Positions 40,377 to 51,400 of a stretch of 64,000 nucleotides of DNA are shown here, piece after piece (within the stretch, counting starts at the first letter, position 1; each line of letters starts with the position of its first letter). The stretch spans positions 67,560 through 131,559 of the forward strand of contig DATMNC010000011.1 of assembly GCA_035569395.1 (NCBI GenBank), given 5' to 3'. The position numbers and the translations under genes were made by a program. The DNA is from Thermoanaerobaculia bacterium (GTDB lineage: Bacteria > Acidobacteriota > Thermoanaerobaculia > Gp7-AA8). The notes under the pieces are model-generated. The model was not told the origin of the DNA. It made no database searches and saw only the letters and a list, made by a program, of their open reading frames with translations.

Positions 40377-41108
40377 TCAGCTCTTCCGGCGACGTTCGCC
40401 AGCTACGTAATGCGAAACGAGCGCTCGTTGCCCATCAGGCTCAACCTGTTGCGGCCTGTAGCTATGCTCGGTAATCAACGCGATGAACGCCTCCGGCGAT
40501 TCGATCGCGGTCTCAAGCAGGCCTTTCGACATGAGGCTCATGAACAGCGCGCATGAACGCGCTTGGCAATTCACCGAACGCTCTGGGTTGAACTCGATAT
40601 CCGTAAAACCAGCGTATCTGTTCAATCGCAACAGCAGCCATTCGCGATGCGGATAAATCGCGTTGATGTACAGCCAATCGTAGAACGCGGTTTTAGGCTC
40701 AAGAGGGAACCGAATGTCCTCGAAATCGAAGCCGATCAAGCGTCCGGACTCCCTCAGCCGCGGATCGCGTTTCGCATCTCTTACATCTGCTCCGTAGAGA
40801 TCCGTGAACGGCCCGCCATGCTCGAATACCTTGCTGCCCTGGAACGCGCATTCCAGCGACATCTCACCATGCTGCCCCCGTACGTTCAGATGAAACGCGC
40901 TCAAGTGTTGCCCGACCTTCTCGGTCGACTTTGAGGAGATCTCCAGTAGCGGCTCGAATCCGGCCGCAGCCGCGGCCGCATGGAGCGACGCGACATTCTT
41001 CTGCTTCTGGACTGGCGCGAAACCCGGGTGCCACCTCAGCCAGAAATAGAACTCCTTTACGAGCTCGGGCTCATCGGGTACTGGTACAAAGATCGGTCGT
41101 TCAGCCAT
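40377..41108 (-). CDS. hypothetical protein, downstream partner of the DarT-like gene (candidate antitoxin / ADP-ribosyl hydrolase, possibly NADAR-like)
   Basis: Overlaps the upstream DarT-like gene by 8 nt. The segment LSAFHLNVRGQHGEMSLECAFQGSKVF loosely resembles the NADAR (DUF1768) SNF...G...EHxFQxxKF core; there are no macrodomain motifs. Lower GC than neighbours. Confidence 0.4.
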   Translation of the reverse strand: MAERPIFVPVPDEPELVKEFYFWLRWHPGFAPVQKQKNVASLHAAAAAAGFEPLLEISSKSTEKVGQHLSAFHLNVRGQHGEMSLECAFQGSKVFEHGGPFTDLYGADVRDAKRDPRLRESGRLIGFDFEDIRFPLEPKTAFYDWLYINAIYPHREWLLLRLNRYAGFTDIEFNPERSVNCQARSCALFMSLMSKGLLETAIESPEAFIALITEHSYRPQQVEPDGQRALVSHYVAGERRRKS

Positions 41109-41622
41109 TAGGGAAGTTCCGAATGAGGTCCAGCGAAATGAATCGGGGTACGAGGATTTCGCTTTTCTCAGCCTGCAACAGTCTCTCTCTGATCGCAGGA
41201 TCGCGCCACTCAGTCCAGCTATACAACACCTCGAAATCGATCATGTTCGCTGCTTCGTCGATTGGGTAGGCTTGCACGCCGCTTTTATTCGATACATCCG
41301 CCGTGAACAGAACCCCGTCCCACTGAAGAACTTCAGGATGCACGTTGAGGAAGATCGTATCGGTGATGCGCCCGTCCGCGCGCGCGACGTACTCCATTGG
41401 ATGCGTCCACCGGAAGCACAGATGCACGTACTCGTCGAGCCCTCTCATGCAGTCAGTATCGTGGCTCCACTGGTTTCCACCCGGCGCCGGAATCTCGATT
41501 CCTCGCCGCTTCATCTCCGCGAGCGCCAACAACCCTCCATGCTCGCGAATCGACGCAAGATTTCGTCGGTCCGTGAAGTGAAACAGAACGTTGATGCGCT
41601 TGAGTTGCTCTTTGGTCATCAC
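41101..41622 (-). CDS. DarT-like ADP-ribosyltransferase (DUF4433 family) toxin candidate
   Basis: LFHFTDRRNLASIREHGGLL (compare DarT IxHxTHxDNLxxIL), GLDEYVHLCF (compare GTLHDYVPFYF), and RLLQAEKSEILVPRFISLDLI (compare ERYQAEALIWQHxPISLL, including the catalytic QAE glutamate). Confidence 0.5.
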   Translation of the reverse strand: MMTKEQLKRINVLFHFTDRRNLASIREHGGLLALAEMKRRGIEIPAPGGNQWSHDTDCMRGLDEYVHLCFRWTHPMEYVARADGRITDTIFLNVHPEVLQWDGVLFTADVSNKSGVQAYPIDEAANMIDFEVLYSWTEWRDPAIRERLLQAEKSEILVPRFISLDLIRNFPNG

Positions 41623-41831
41623 TTACCCGATCGCACGATCGGTTCTGCCACCATCGTACGCTGTCCTACCCTCGTGCGTCGCCTCCTCGATCGCCTCCGA
41701 CCCCTGCCCGCCCTCGCCGCGCTCACGCGCGCTGCAACCCGAGTTGGGCGGGCGGAAGCCGGAGGCGCGACCGTTGCTCGCCTCGTACGTACGGATTCGC
41801 GCCTCGTGCAGACGCCGGCACTGCGGCCTAG

Positions 41832-43219
<1,388 letters not shown>

Positions 43220-43403
43220 GCGGTTGCGAGGTCTCGCGGTTGCGGGGTCTCGCGGTGCTTGGTTGCTGAGTTGCTTGGTTGCTGAGTTGCTTGGTTGCTG
43301 AGTTGCTTGGTTGCTGAGCAACAAGCTGCTTGGCTGCTCAACAACTCAGCAACCTTGCAACCCCACACCGCGAGACCGCGCAACCCCGAGACCGCGCAAC
43401 CGC
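43220..43403. repeat. palindromic repeat element, family 1, copy d, containing 4 tandem copies of a 16-bp unit (ggttgctgagttgctt)
   Basis: The arms are gcggttgcgaggtctcgcggttgcggggtctcgcggtg ... caccgcgagaccgcgcaaccccgagaccgcgcaaccgc. The interior is 4 x ggttgctgagttgctt followed by an inverted copy (cagcaacc...). It fills the whole gap between two convergent stop codons. Confidence 0.85.
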
Positions 43404-45316
43404 TAATTCGTCCCCGCCACAGCTTCCGCCACCTTCTTCTTCGCCTCGTACTTCGCCGACTTTCCCTCGTAGATGAAGATGCCTTCGCCGAGGGTGCCGA
43501 CGTAGAGGCGGTCAGGGTTGAAGGGGTCGAGGGCCACGGATGTCACCTCGGCGGTTCGTGAGGGGAGCGGGAAGGAGCGCCATTCGGACTCTTTCGGTTC
43601 GGCTACGAGCATCTGCTGCTGCTGGCGCGAGGTAAGGAAGACAAAGTTGTCGTTGCTGCGCCAGCCTCCGAAGACGGACGCGAACTGAGCGTCGGGTGCT
43701 TCGACTTCGCTCCATTTGGCGTCCGCGCTGACGCGTCCCGCCTTGACGCCCTGCGCGCCGGCGACGAAGACGAGCTGGCCCTCGCCCGCACCGCGTACGG
43801 CCAGCGTACGGCCTTTGGCGGGCGCACCATCGATCGCCAGCCACTGCGTACCGTCGAAGGCGATTACACCGGCGCTGGTCAGGGCGAAAAGAGCGCGCTT
43901 CTCGCCGAGGTTGCCAATGGCTATGTCGACGGCGCGATTGTCGGCGCCGGCCAGGCGGTACCAACTCTTCCCGGAGTCGCGGCTGGTGAAAACGCCTTCG
44001 GAGGTCGCCGCGAAATAACGGACGTTGTTGAGGCGGAGCACCTTGTCGACGCGAATGGGGAAGCTGGCCGGTTGCGCCTGCGTCCACTGCACGCCATCGC
44101 TGCTCCAGAAGAATCCCTTTTCCGTTCCTGCCAGGAACCTGACCTCGGCGTCTTCGGTGACGACGAGCGACAGGACCTGCGGCAGATCATTCGTGGCCAG
44201 TCTGGTCCAGGTCGTTCCGGAGTCGGTCGAGCGATAGATGCCGCTCGATTCGCCTCCGAATGCCACGGCCGCATAGACGTTCTTCGGCTGGGTGGCGTCG
44301 GCAGCGACCGAGGTGATGGTCAGATTTCGCAGTCCGTCGCAGGTTCGCGTGAAGGTCTTCGCGTCATCATTGGAGAGATAGACGCCGTCGCCCTCCACGC
44401 CGAGGATCACGCGGCCGGGCCGCTGCGGATGAAGGGCGATGGTGTTCACGACGAGCGACTCATCGCCGATCGAGTACCAGGTCTTTCCGCCATCGTGGCT
44501 GTGATACAGCCCGGCCACGGAGCCGGCGTAAATCGAGTCCTGATCGCAGGGGTCGAGCTCGATGTCGTGGATGCGCCGGTTGTTGAATCCGTCGCGGTAG
44601 CGGGTCCAGTTCTCGCCGCGGTTCGGCGTGTTGTAGACCCAGCCGCATGTCGAGACCCAGACTTTGTCGGGGTTGTAGCGGTCGATGGTGATCGAGAACA
44701 TGTCGGTGTCGAGCACCATGCCGTTGTTGATCAGCTTCCAGGTCTTGCCGCCGTCGTCGGTGCGCGTTCCCTGCCGCCAGGTGCCGACGTAGATGCGGTC
44801 GTGCGTGCGTGGGTCCAGCGCGAGCGATTCGACGTTGATCTGATCGGAGATCTTTGACCACGACTGGCCGCCGTCGGTCGATCGATAGACGCCGGTTAGG
44901 CCGCCGGCCAGAACGAAATCGGCATCGTGGGGATCGATGGCGATGGCACGGACCGAAAAGTCTTCCAGGCCGGCATCGCGCCGCGTCCAGTTACGGCCGC
45001 CATCCTCCGATACAGCGATTACGCCGCCGCCCCACGCGCCCCAGCAAGCGGCCCAGAGCCGGCCGTTGCGGTCGACCACGAGGTTGTCGACGACGTATCC
45101 CGGAAACGGGATGCCGCCGCGCGGGTTCTGCCACGACTTCGCGCCGTCGGTCGAGACGTAGACCTCGCCGCCGCTTGTGCCGAGGTAGAGCGTGTCGGGA
45201 TTCGAAGGATCGATGATCAGCGCGCGGACGTCGGCCCCATACAGATTGGCGCGCCGCCACTGCGCGCAAAGAGGGAGTGCCGTGAAGATCGCTAGAACGA
45301 TGAGGAGTTTACGCAT
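43403..45316 (-). CDS. BNR/Asp-box repeat protein (beta-propeller; sialidase/Ycf48/xyloglucanase-like), secreted
   Basis: Repeated S/TxDxGxxW boxes: STDGAKSWQ, SEDGGRNWT, STDGGQSWS, DDGGKTWK, SHDGGKTWY, STDSGTTWT. Start at MRKLLIVLAIFTALPLCA (signal peptide), shortened from the track ORF. Confidence 0.75.
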   Translation of the reverse strand: MRKLLIVLAIFTALPLCAQWRRANLYGADVRALIIDPSNPDTLYLGTSGGEVYVSTDGAKSWQNPRGGIPFPGYVVDNLVVDRNGRLWAACWGAWGGGVIAVSEDGGRNWTRRDAGLEDFSVRAIAIDPHDADFVLAGGLTGVYRSTDGGQSWSKISDQINVESLALDPRTHDRIYVGTWRQGTRTDDGGKTWKLINNGMVLDTDMFSITIDRYNPDKVWVSTCGWVYNTPNRGENWTRYRDGFNNRRIHDIELDPCDQDSIYAGSVAGLYHSHDGGKTWYSIGDESLVVNTIALHPQRPGRVILGVEGDGVYLSNDDAKTFTRTCDGLRNLTITSVAADATQPKNVYAAVAFGGESSGIYRSTDSGTTWTRLATNDLPQVLSLVVTEDAEVRFLAGTEKGFFWSSDGVQWTQAQPASFPIRVDKVLRLNNVRYFAATSEGVFTSRDSGKSWYRLAGADNRAVDIAIGNLGEKRALFALTSAGVIAFDGTQWLAIDGAPAKGRTLAVRGAGEGQLVFVAGAQGVKAGRVSADAKWSEVEAPDAQFASVFGGWRSNDNFVFLTSRQQQQMLVAEPKESEWRSFPLPSRTAEVTSVALDPFNPDRLYVGTLGEGIFIYEGKSAKYEAKKKVAEAVAGTN

Positions 45317-45355
45317 GCCCGGTCTGAGTTTTACCACAAAGCAATATTGCTGCCT

Positions 45356-45452
45356 TCGGGGGTCGAGAGCCGGGAGGCGGGGGTCGAAGTGGGAGCCGGG
45401 AGCGGGAGGAGCGGTACTTTTCCAATCTCCGACCACCGACTCCCGGCAAGCG
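45356..45452. repeat. palindromic repeat element, family 3, copy b (in divergent promoter region)
   Basis: The sequence is gggggtcgagagccgggaggcgggggtcgaagtgggagccgggagcgggagg...ctccgaccaccgactcccggcaagcgacccccgcc. Confidence 0.7.
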
Positions 45453-45484
45453 ACCCCCGCCTCACTGCTATCCTTCCCCGCGAC

Positions 45485-46393
<909 letters not shown>

Positions 46394-46621
46394 AAACGTG
46401 CGTGCACTGGTCGGCGAGTGCGAGCTGACCGGCAACCGCACGACGTTCCTGCGCAACGATCGCCCCATCGCCATCCTCATCTCGCATGACGAATACCTCG
46501 CCCTGCGCGAGACGATCGACATCGCCGACGACGCTCCTCTCCGCGCCGCCATCGACGAGGGAGAGGCGGAAGTGGAGCGGGGGGCCATGCTGGCGGTGGA
46601 GGATCTTCTGGAATCCTGATC

Positions 46622-46873
46622 ATGTGGAATGACCGTTTGCGCTTCGCGGAGCGCGTGGAAAAAGACTGGCGGGCGCTGACCGGTGAACAGCGTGCCGCCG
46701 CGGCGCGGGCGCTGGAGACGATCGACGAAGATCCGATCATCGGCGCACCGCTGTTCGAGCCGTTGCGCGGGTATTGGAGTTACCGCAGCGAGGGGATACG
46801 TATCGTCTATCGCATCGTCACCGAGGCGCGCTTCATCGTGGTGTTGAATATCGGGCTGGTGATGGCGCGATGA
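46622..46873 (+). CDS. RelE/ParE-family toxin
   Basis: 83 aa with the C-terminus GIRIVYRIVTEARFIVVLNIG typical of RelE/ParE. It is tightly coupled to the upstream antitoxin and overlaps the maf start (ATGA). Confidence 0.7.
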   Translation: MWNDRLRFAERVEKDWRALTGEQRAAAARALETIDEDPIIGAPLFEPLRGYWSYRSEGIRIVYRIVTEARFIVVLNIGLVMAR

Positions 46874-47514
46874 CGTTCATTCTGGCTTCCGGATCGCCGC
46901 GCCGCCGTGAGTTGCTCTCTTCGATCGGCCTCACCTTCGACGTAATGCCGAGCGACATTCCTGAAATTCACCAGCCCGGAGAGTCCCCCGAGGAGTATGT
47001 GGCGCGCCTGTCGAGAGGCAAGGCAGCGGTCATTGCCGCGCTGCACCCGGACGCCTGGATCATCGCCGCCGACACCACGGTGCTCCTCGGCGATGAACTG
47101 CTCGAAAAGCCGCTTGACGCGGACGACGCCAAGCGGATGCTGGCCACGATCTCCGGCAAGACGCACATGGTCTACACGGGAGTCACGGTGCAGAACGCAG
47201 CGCGCGGGTGGCACGACACGCGCGTGGCGGAGACGGAAGTGCGTATGCTGCCGTTGGACGCGCGGGACATCGCGTGGTATGTCTCGACCGGTGAGCCGCT
47301 CGACAAAGCGGGCGCCTATGCGGCCCAGGGGATCGGAGCGATCTTTATCGACTCCATCCACGGCAGCTATACGAACGTAGTTGGATTGCCACTTGCTTTA
47401 CTTTTCCAGATGCTGAGACGGGCAGGGGTCGATTTTGTGCGGGAGTCGGGTGTCGGAAGCCGGGCGCCGGTGCTTGCCGACCGCGCCGATATGCTTCCTC
47501 CGACTTACGAATAG
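46870..47514 (+). CDS. maf: Maf-like nucleoside triphosphate pyrophosphatase (septum formation protein)
   Basis: FILASGSPRRRELL...DTVV...AGAYAAQGIGAIFI is the Maf signature. Confidence 0.85.
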   Translation: MTFILASGSPRRRELLSSIGLTFDVMPSDIPEIHQPGESPEEYVARLSRGKAAVIAALHPDAWIIAADTTVLLGDELLEKPLDADDAKRMLATISGKTHMVYTGVTVQNAARGWHDTRVAETEVRMLPLDARDIAWYVSTGEPLDKAGAYAAQGIGAIFIDSIHGSYTNVVGLPLALLFQMLRRAGVDFVRESGVGSRAPVLADRADMLPPTYE

Positions 47515-47522
47515 AGGTTCAC

Positions 47523-49055
47523 ATGTCATCCGCGGCCAAAGTAGGCGTCTTCATGTTGATCGTGCTGGCGATCCTCGGGTATTTCATCCTGAAGATCGAG
47601 GATGTACAGATCGGGCACGGAACCGGAGCGCGAAAAGTGACGGCGATTTTCGACTCCGTCGCCGGTCTCGATAACAAGTCGGCTGTCCGCGTGGCCGGTG
47701 TGCGCGTCGGCAAGGTGTCGAACATCAAGCTCCGGCCCGATGGCAAGGCCGAGGTAACGCTCGATGTTGACCCTGACGTCGTATTTCATCCTGGCGCGAT
47801 CGCACATGTGGCCAACCTCGGCCTGCTCGGAGAGAAGTACATCGAGCTTGATCCCGGCCCATCCACCGGACCGATCGTTCCACAGGAGCAGAGCGTCATT
47901 CTGCACGGATCGCAGCCAGCCTCGATGGACGACATCACCAACCAGGTGTCGGCGATCGCGAACGACGTGAAAGCGATCACCGCCTCACTGCGCGGCGTGA
48001 TGACCGGACCGGCAGGGCAACAGCGGCTCGAGGACATCGTCGAAAACGTCCGCACCATCACGGTCCAGGTGCGCGACCTCCTCGCCGCGAATCGGACGAA
48101 TGTCGATGCCACCGTGGCCAACGCACGCGTGATCAGCGACTCGCTGCGCGTCGAGATTCCGCGGCTGGCCGACTCGATCGATCGCATGGCCACGCAGATG
48201 AACGGCACCATCGGCGAGAATCGCCAGGACGTCCGACAAATCGTCGAGAACCTGCGCACGCTTTCGACGGATCTGAAGACGACATCCGATAACCTCAACG
48301 CAGTCACGGCCCAGGTCCGCAGCGGCGAAGGAACGATCGGCAAGTTGCTGTACAGCAACGAAGCGCATGATCGCCTGACCGCGGCGCTCGGCTCCGTCGA
48401 AAGCGGTGTGAACGAGTTGCGCAACACCCTCGGCCGTGTCGGTAAGATGCAGCTCGACCTCGGACTGAATGGCGATTACTACGCAAACCTGCCGGCGCAG
48501 AGCGGCGGCGGCGACAAGCTTGGCAACTCACGGTCAGCGGTCTGGCTGCGCCTCACTCCGAATCCGGAGCGCAACCGCTTCTACAACGTCGAGCTGGCCG
48601 ATACGCCCTACGGGAAGCGCAACGACAAGACGATTGAGGAAACGGTGACGAATCCTGCCACCGGTCAATCACAGACGACCATCACGCACCAGACGAGGTT
48701 CGACCGGTCGTTCCTCGTTTCCGCTCAGGCCGGCTGGACGCTGGCGCCGTTCGCTGTCCGCCTCGGCATGATCGACTCCACCGGCGGCGCGGGCGTCGAC
48801 TACTACCTCAACAACCGTATCCGCGTCACTGGAGAAGCCTTCGATTTCGGCCATCGCTCCGGAGACAACAACCCGCACCTGCGCCTCTACGGCGAGTACG
48901 TCTTCCGCCAGGAGAAGCCGGCCACGCCGACGATTTTTCTGCGCAGCGGCGTCGACAACGTCCTGAATCACACCGCCTTCACCCTCGGCGGCGGCATCCG
49001 CTGGCGCGACGACGATCTGAAGTACCTGCTGGGGAGCGTTCCGATCCCGAAATAG
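47523..49055 (+). CDS. MlaD/MCE-family protein (single N-terminal TM + MCE domain + long helical region)
   Basis: KVGVFMLIVLAILGYFIL, then the MCE core VAGLDNKSAVRVAGVRVGKVSNI. Confidence 0.75.
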   Translation: MSSAAKVGVFMLIVLAILGYFILKIEDVQIGHGTGARKVTAIFDSVAGLDNKSAVRVAGVRVGKVSNIKLRPDGKAEVTLDVDPDVVFHPGAIAHVANLGLLGEKYIELDPGPSTGPIVPQEQSVILHGSQPASMDDITNQVSAIANDVKAITASLRGVMTGPAGQQRLEDIVENVRTITVQVRDLLAANRTNVDATVANARVISDSLRVEIPRLADSIDRMATQMNGTIGENRQDVRQIVENLRTLSTDLKTTSDNLNAVTAQVRSGEGTIGKLLYSNEAHDRLTAALGSVESGVNELRNTLGRVGKMQLDLGLNGDYYANLPAQSGGGDKLGNSRSAVWLRLTPNPERNRFYNVELADTPYGKRNDKTIEETVTNPATGQSQTTITHQTRFDRSFLVSAQAGWTLAPFAVRLGMIDSTGGAGVDYYLNNRIRVTGEAFDFGHRSGDNNPHLRLYGEYVFRQEKPATPTIFLRSGVDNVLNHTAFTLGGGIRWRDDDLKYLLGSVPIPK

Positions 49056-49057
49056 GC

Positions 49058-50935
49058 TCACACCTTCGCCGCGAGATCCCGCAACTCCTCCCCTTCGTTC
49101 ACGAAGCGGTTGACCATTACGCCGTACTGCTTCTCGTACAGCTTGCGATAGCGGCCGCCGAGGATCATCAGATCCTGGTGCGTGCCGCGCTCTGTGATCT
49201 CGCCGTTCTCGAGGACGAGGATCTGGTCCGCGTTACGGATCGTGGATAAGCGGTGGGCGATGACGAACGTGGTGCGGTCTTTCATCAGGGCGTTGAGGCC
49301 GTCCTGAATCATCGCCTCGGATTCGCTGTCGAGCGATGATGTGGCCTCGTCGAGGATGAGAATTCGCGGATTGGCGACGATGGCCCGGGCGATGGCCACG
49401 CGCTGTTTCTGGCCACCGGAGAGGCGAACGCCGCGCTCGCCGACGATCGTGTCGTACTTGTCGGCAAAAGCTTCCGTGAACTCGTCGACGTGGGCGATAT
49501 GTGCGGCTTGCAGTACCGCTTCGCGCGAGGCATGCGGATTGCCGAGGACGATGTTGTCGTAGATCGATTCCGCGAAGAGGAACGAGTCCTGCGGCACGAT
49601 GCCGAGGTGTGAGCGATAGTCGGCGAGACGAAGGTCATTCATCGGCTCGCCGTCGACCAGGATCTCTCCCTGCGTCGGATGGTGAAACGCCGCGATGAGC
49701 GAGATCATCGTGCTCTTGCCTGACCCCGAAGGGCCGACGAGAGCGATCGACTTCCCGGCCGGTGCGACAAGGTTGATGTTCTTCAGCACGGGCACTCCTG
49801 GGGTGTACTCGAACCCGACGTTGCGAAACTCGATGCTGCCGGCGATGTCGGGTGTCACGCTCTTCGCTGCGTCGGCTTCGTCCTCGCGTGTCTCGCTGAA
49901 CACTTCGCGCATCCGCTCCAGACCAGCGAAGGCCTCGGAGAGCTGCGTGCCGATCGACACGATCTGCACGACAGGGCCGATGACGAGCGCGAGGTAGAGA
50001 GTGAAGGCGATCAGGTCGCCTTGCGTCATGCCTACTGGCTGGCTGGCATGCGCGGCGACCGCGGCGTTGTGTGCGACCACGGCGTGGCCGCCGACGTACA
50101 TCACGACCGCGCTCACCGCACCGACGAGAAACGTGGTCATGGCGCCGGCGGTGGAGATGGTGCGCATCGTGCCGACGATGAGGTTGAGCAGCTTCCTGGC
50201 TCCCTGATCGAAGACCTGCTCCTCATGCTCTTCGGCGGTGTAGGCCTTGACGATGCGGATCCCGGAGAAGCCCTCCGTCAGACGGCCGGTTACGTCGGCG
50301 TAGACCGCCCCGCGCTGTTTGAACATGGGACGCGCGGTGGAGAAGGCCCAGAACAAGATGCCCGCGAAGGCGAAGAACGCCAGGAAGACCAGCGCCGCCA
50401 TGCGCGCGTTAAGACGGAAGAGGAAGGCCGTGGCCAAGCCGGCGGTAACGATGCCGCCGAAGATCTGCGCGAGGCCGGTTCCGACCAGGTTGCGGATCCC
50501 TTCCGCGTCGTTCATGACGCGCGATACCAGGACGCCGGTCTTGGTCGAGTCGAAGTAGCGGATCGGGAGCCGCTGCACGTGCTGCTGCAGCCGCGTGCGC
50601 AAATCGGTGATCGATCGCTGTGCGGCGATGCCGAGGATCTGGGCCAGGGCGTAGTCGGTCGTGCCGCCGAAGATCGCCACGGCCAGACTCACCAACACAA
50701 GCTTCGGCAGCAGGTCCACGTGCCCCTTCATGATCACGTCGTCATAGAGGAGCTTTGACATGTAGGGGAGGACGATGCTCGAGATCCTGTTGACCAGCAG
50801 CAGAGGAATGCCGATGGCCAGCCGCGCCCGCGAACGCCAGATGATCTCGCCCGCGTCCTTGAGGATGGCCCGGAAGCGGGCCTTGTCCATCCGTTTCTTC
50901 GTTTTCGTCTTCTCGTCCGCGTCTTGATCGGCCAT
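49058..50935 (-). CDS. ABC transporter, fused permease/ATP-binding (MsbA-like exporter)
   Basis: Six-TM domain followed by Walker A GPSGSGKST, signature LSGGQKQR and Walker B ILILDEATS. Confidence 0.85.
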   Translation of the reverse strand: MADQDADEKTKTKKRMDKARFRAILKDAGEIIWRSRARLAIGIPLLLVNRISSIVLPYMSKLLYDDVIMKGHVDLLPKLVLVSLAVAIFGGTTDYALAQILGIAAQRSITDLRTRLQQHVQRLPIRYFDSTKTGVLVSRVMNDAEGIRNLVGTGLAQIFGGIVTAGLATAFLFRLNARMAALVFLAFFAFAGILFWAFSTARPMFKQRGAVYADVTGRLTEGFSGIRIVKAYTAEEHEEQVFDQGARKLLNLIVGTMRTISTAGAMTTFLVGAVSAVVMYVGGHAVVAHNAAVAAHASQPVGMTQGDLIAFTLYLALVIGPVVQIVSIGTQLSEAFAGLERMREVFSETREDEADAAKSVTPDIAGSIEFRNVGFEYTPGVPVLKNINLVAPAGKSIALVGPSGSGKSTMISLIAAFHHPTQGEILVDGEPMNDLRLADYRSHLGIVPQDSFLFAESIYDNIVLGNPHASREAVLQAAHIAHVDEFTEAFADKYDTIVGERGVRLSGGQKQRVAIARAIVANPRILILDEATSSLDSESEAMIQDGLNALMKDRTTFVIAHRLSTIRNADQILVLENGEITERGTHQDLMILGGRYRKLYEKQYGVMVNRFVNEGEELRDLAAKV

Positions 50936-50948
50936 CGGGGAATTGTAT

Positions 50949-51025
50949 GGGAGTCGGGTGTCGGGGGGTTCGGAACCGCTGCGGACAGTCCGCGTTGATC
51001 CGACGCCGATTCCCGACCCTCCGCT
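50949..51025. repeat. palindromic repeat element, family 3, copy c
   Basis: The sequence is gggagtcgggtgtcggggggttcggaaccgctgcggacagtccgcgttgatccgacgccgattcccgaccctcc. Confidence 0.65.
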
Positions 51026-51071
51026 CCTTATGGTTCAGGTTTTGCTATTGACCCGTTGGAATGGAGTTGCA

Positions 51072-51374
51072 ATGACGTTAGTGAACTCACTTTGCGCGGA
51101 GATCAGCATCTATCAGGGCGTCGGCGAGCAGACGGGTGTGATGGTGGAACGAAGCGCCATCCGCGGTAAGAAGGGCCTGTGCAAGAGCATGCGCGACCTG
51201 GCCATCAAGTCGCGCGTCCTCGGCGACGGCTACTACTACATCCCCATCGAGCTCTGGCCCAAGACGAATGAGCCTGTCGTCGTGCACAAACACGACTGGA
51301 CCGTCATCGGTTCCATCCCACGAACCTCGCGCGCCACCAAGCGCCAAAAAGGCGCTCGGGCCGAGCAGGCCTGA
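51072..51374 (+). CDS. hypothetical protein (100 aa)
   Basis: GGAG RBS 7 nt before ATG 51072; no recognisable motif. An alternative minus-strand ORF overlaps, so confidence is low. Confidence 0.3.
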   Translation: MTLVNSLCAEISIYQGVGEQTGVMVERSAIRGKKGLCKSMRDLAIKSRVLGDGYYYIPIELWPKTNEPVVVHKHDWTVIGSIPRTSRATKRQKGARAEQA

Positions 51375-51400
51375 CCTGAACATTTCGGAGCTCTCTCACG

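Noticed and set aside
51087-51383. Minus-strand ORF 51087..51383 as an alternative to the + strand hypothetical gene
   Set aside because: The + strand ORF has a plausible RBS and co-orientation with dac; neither has motifs, so only one low-confidence call is kept.
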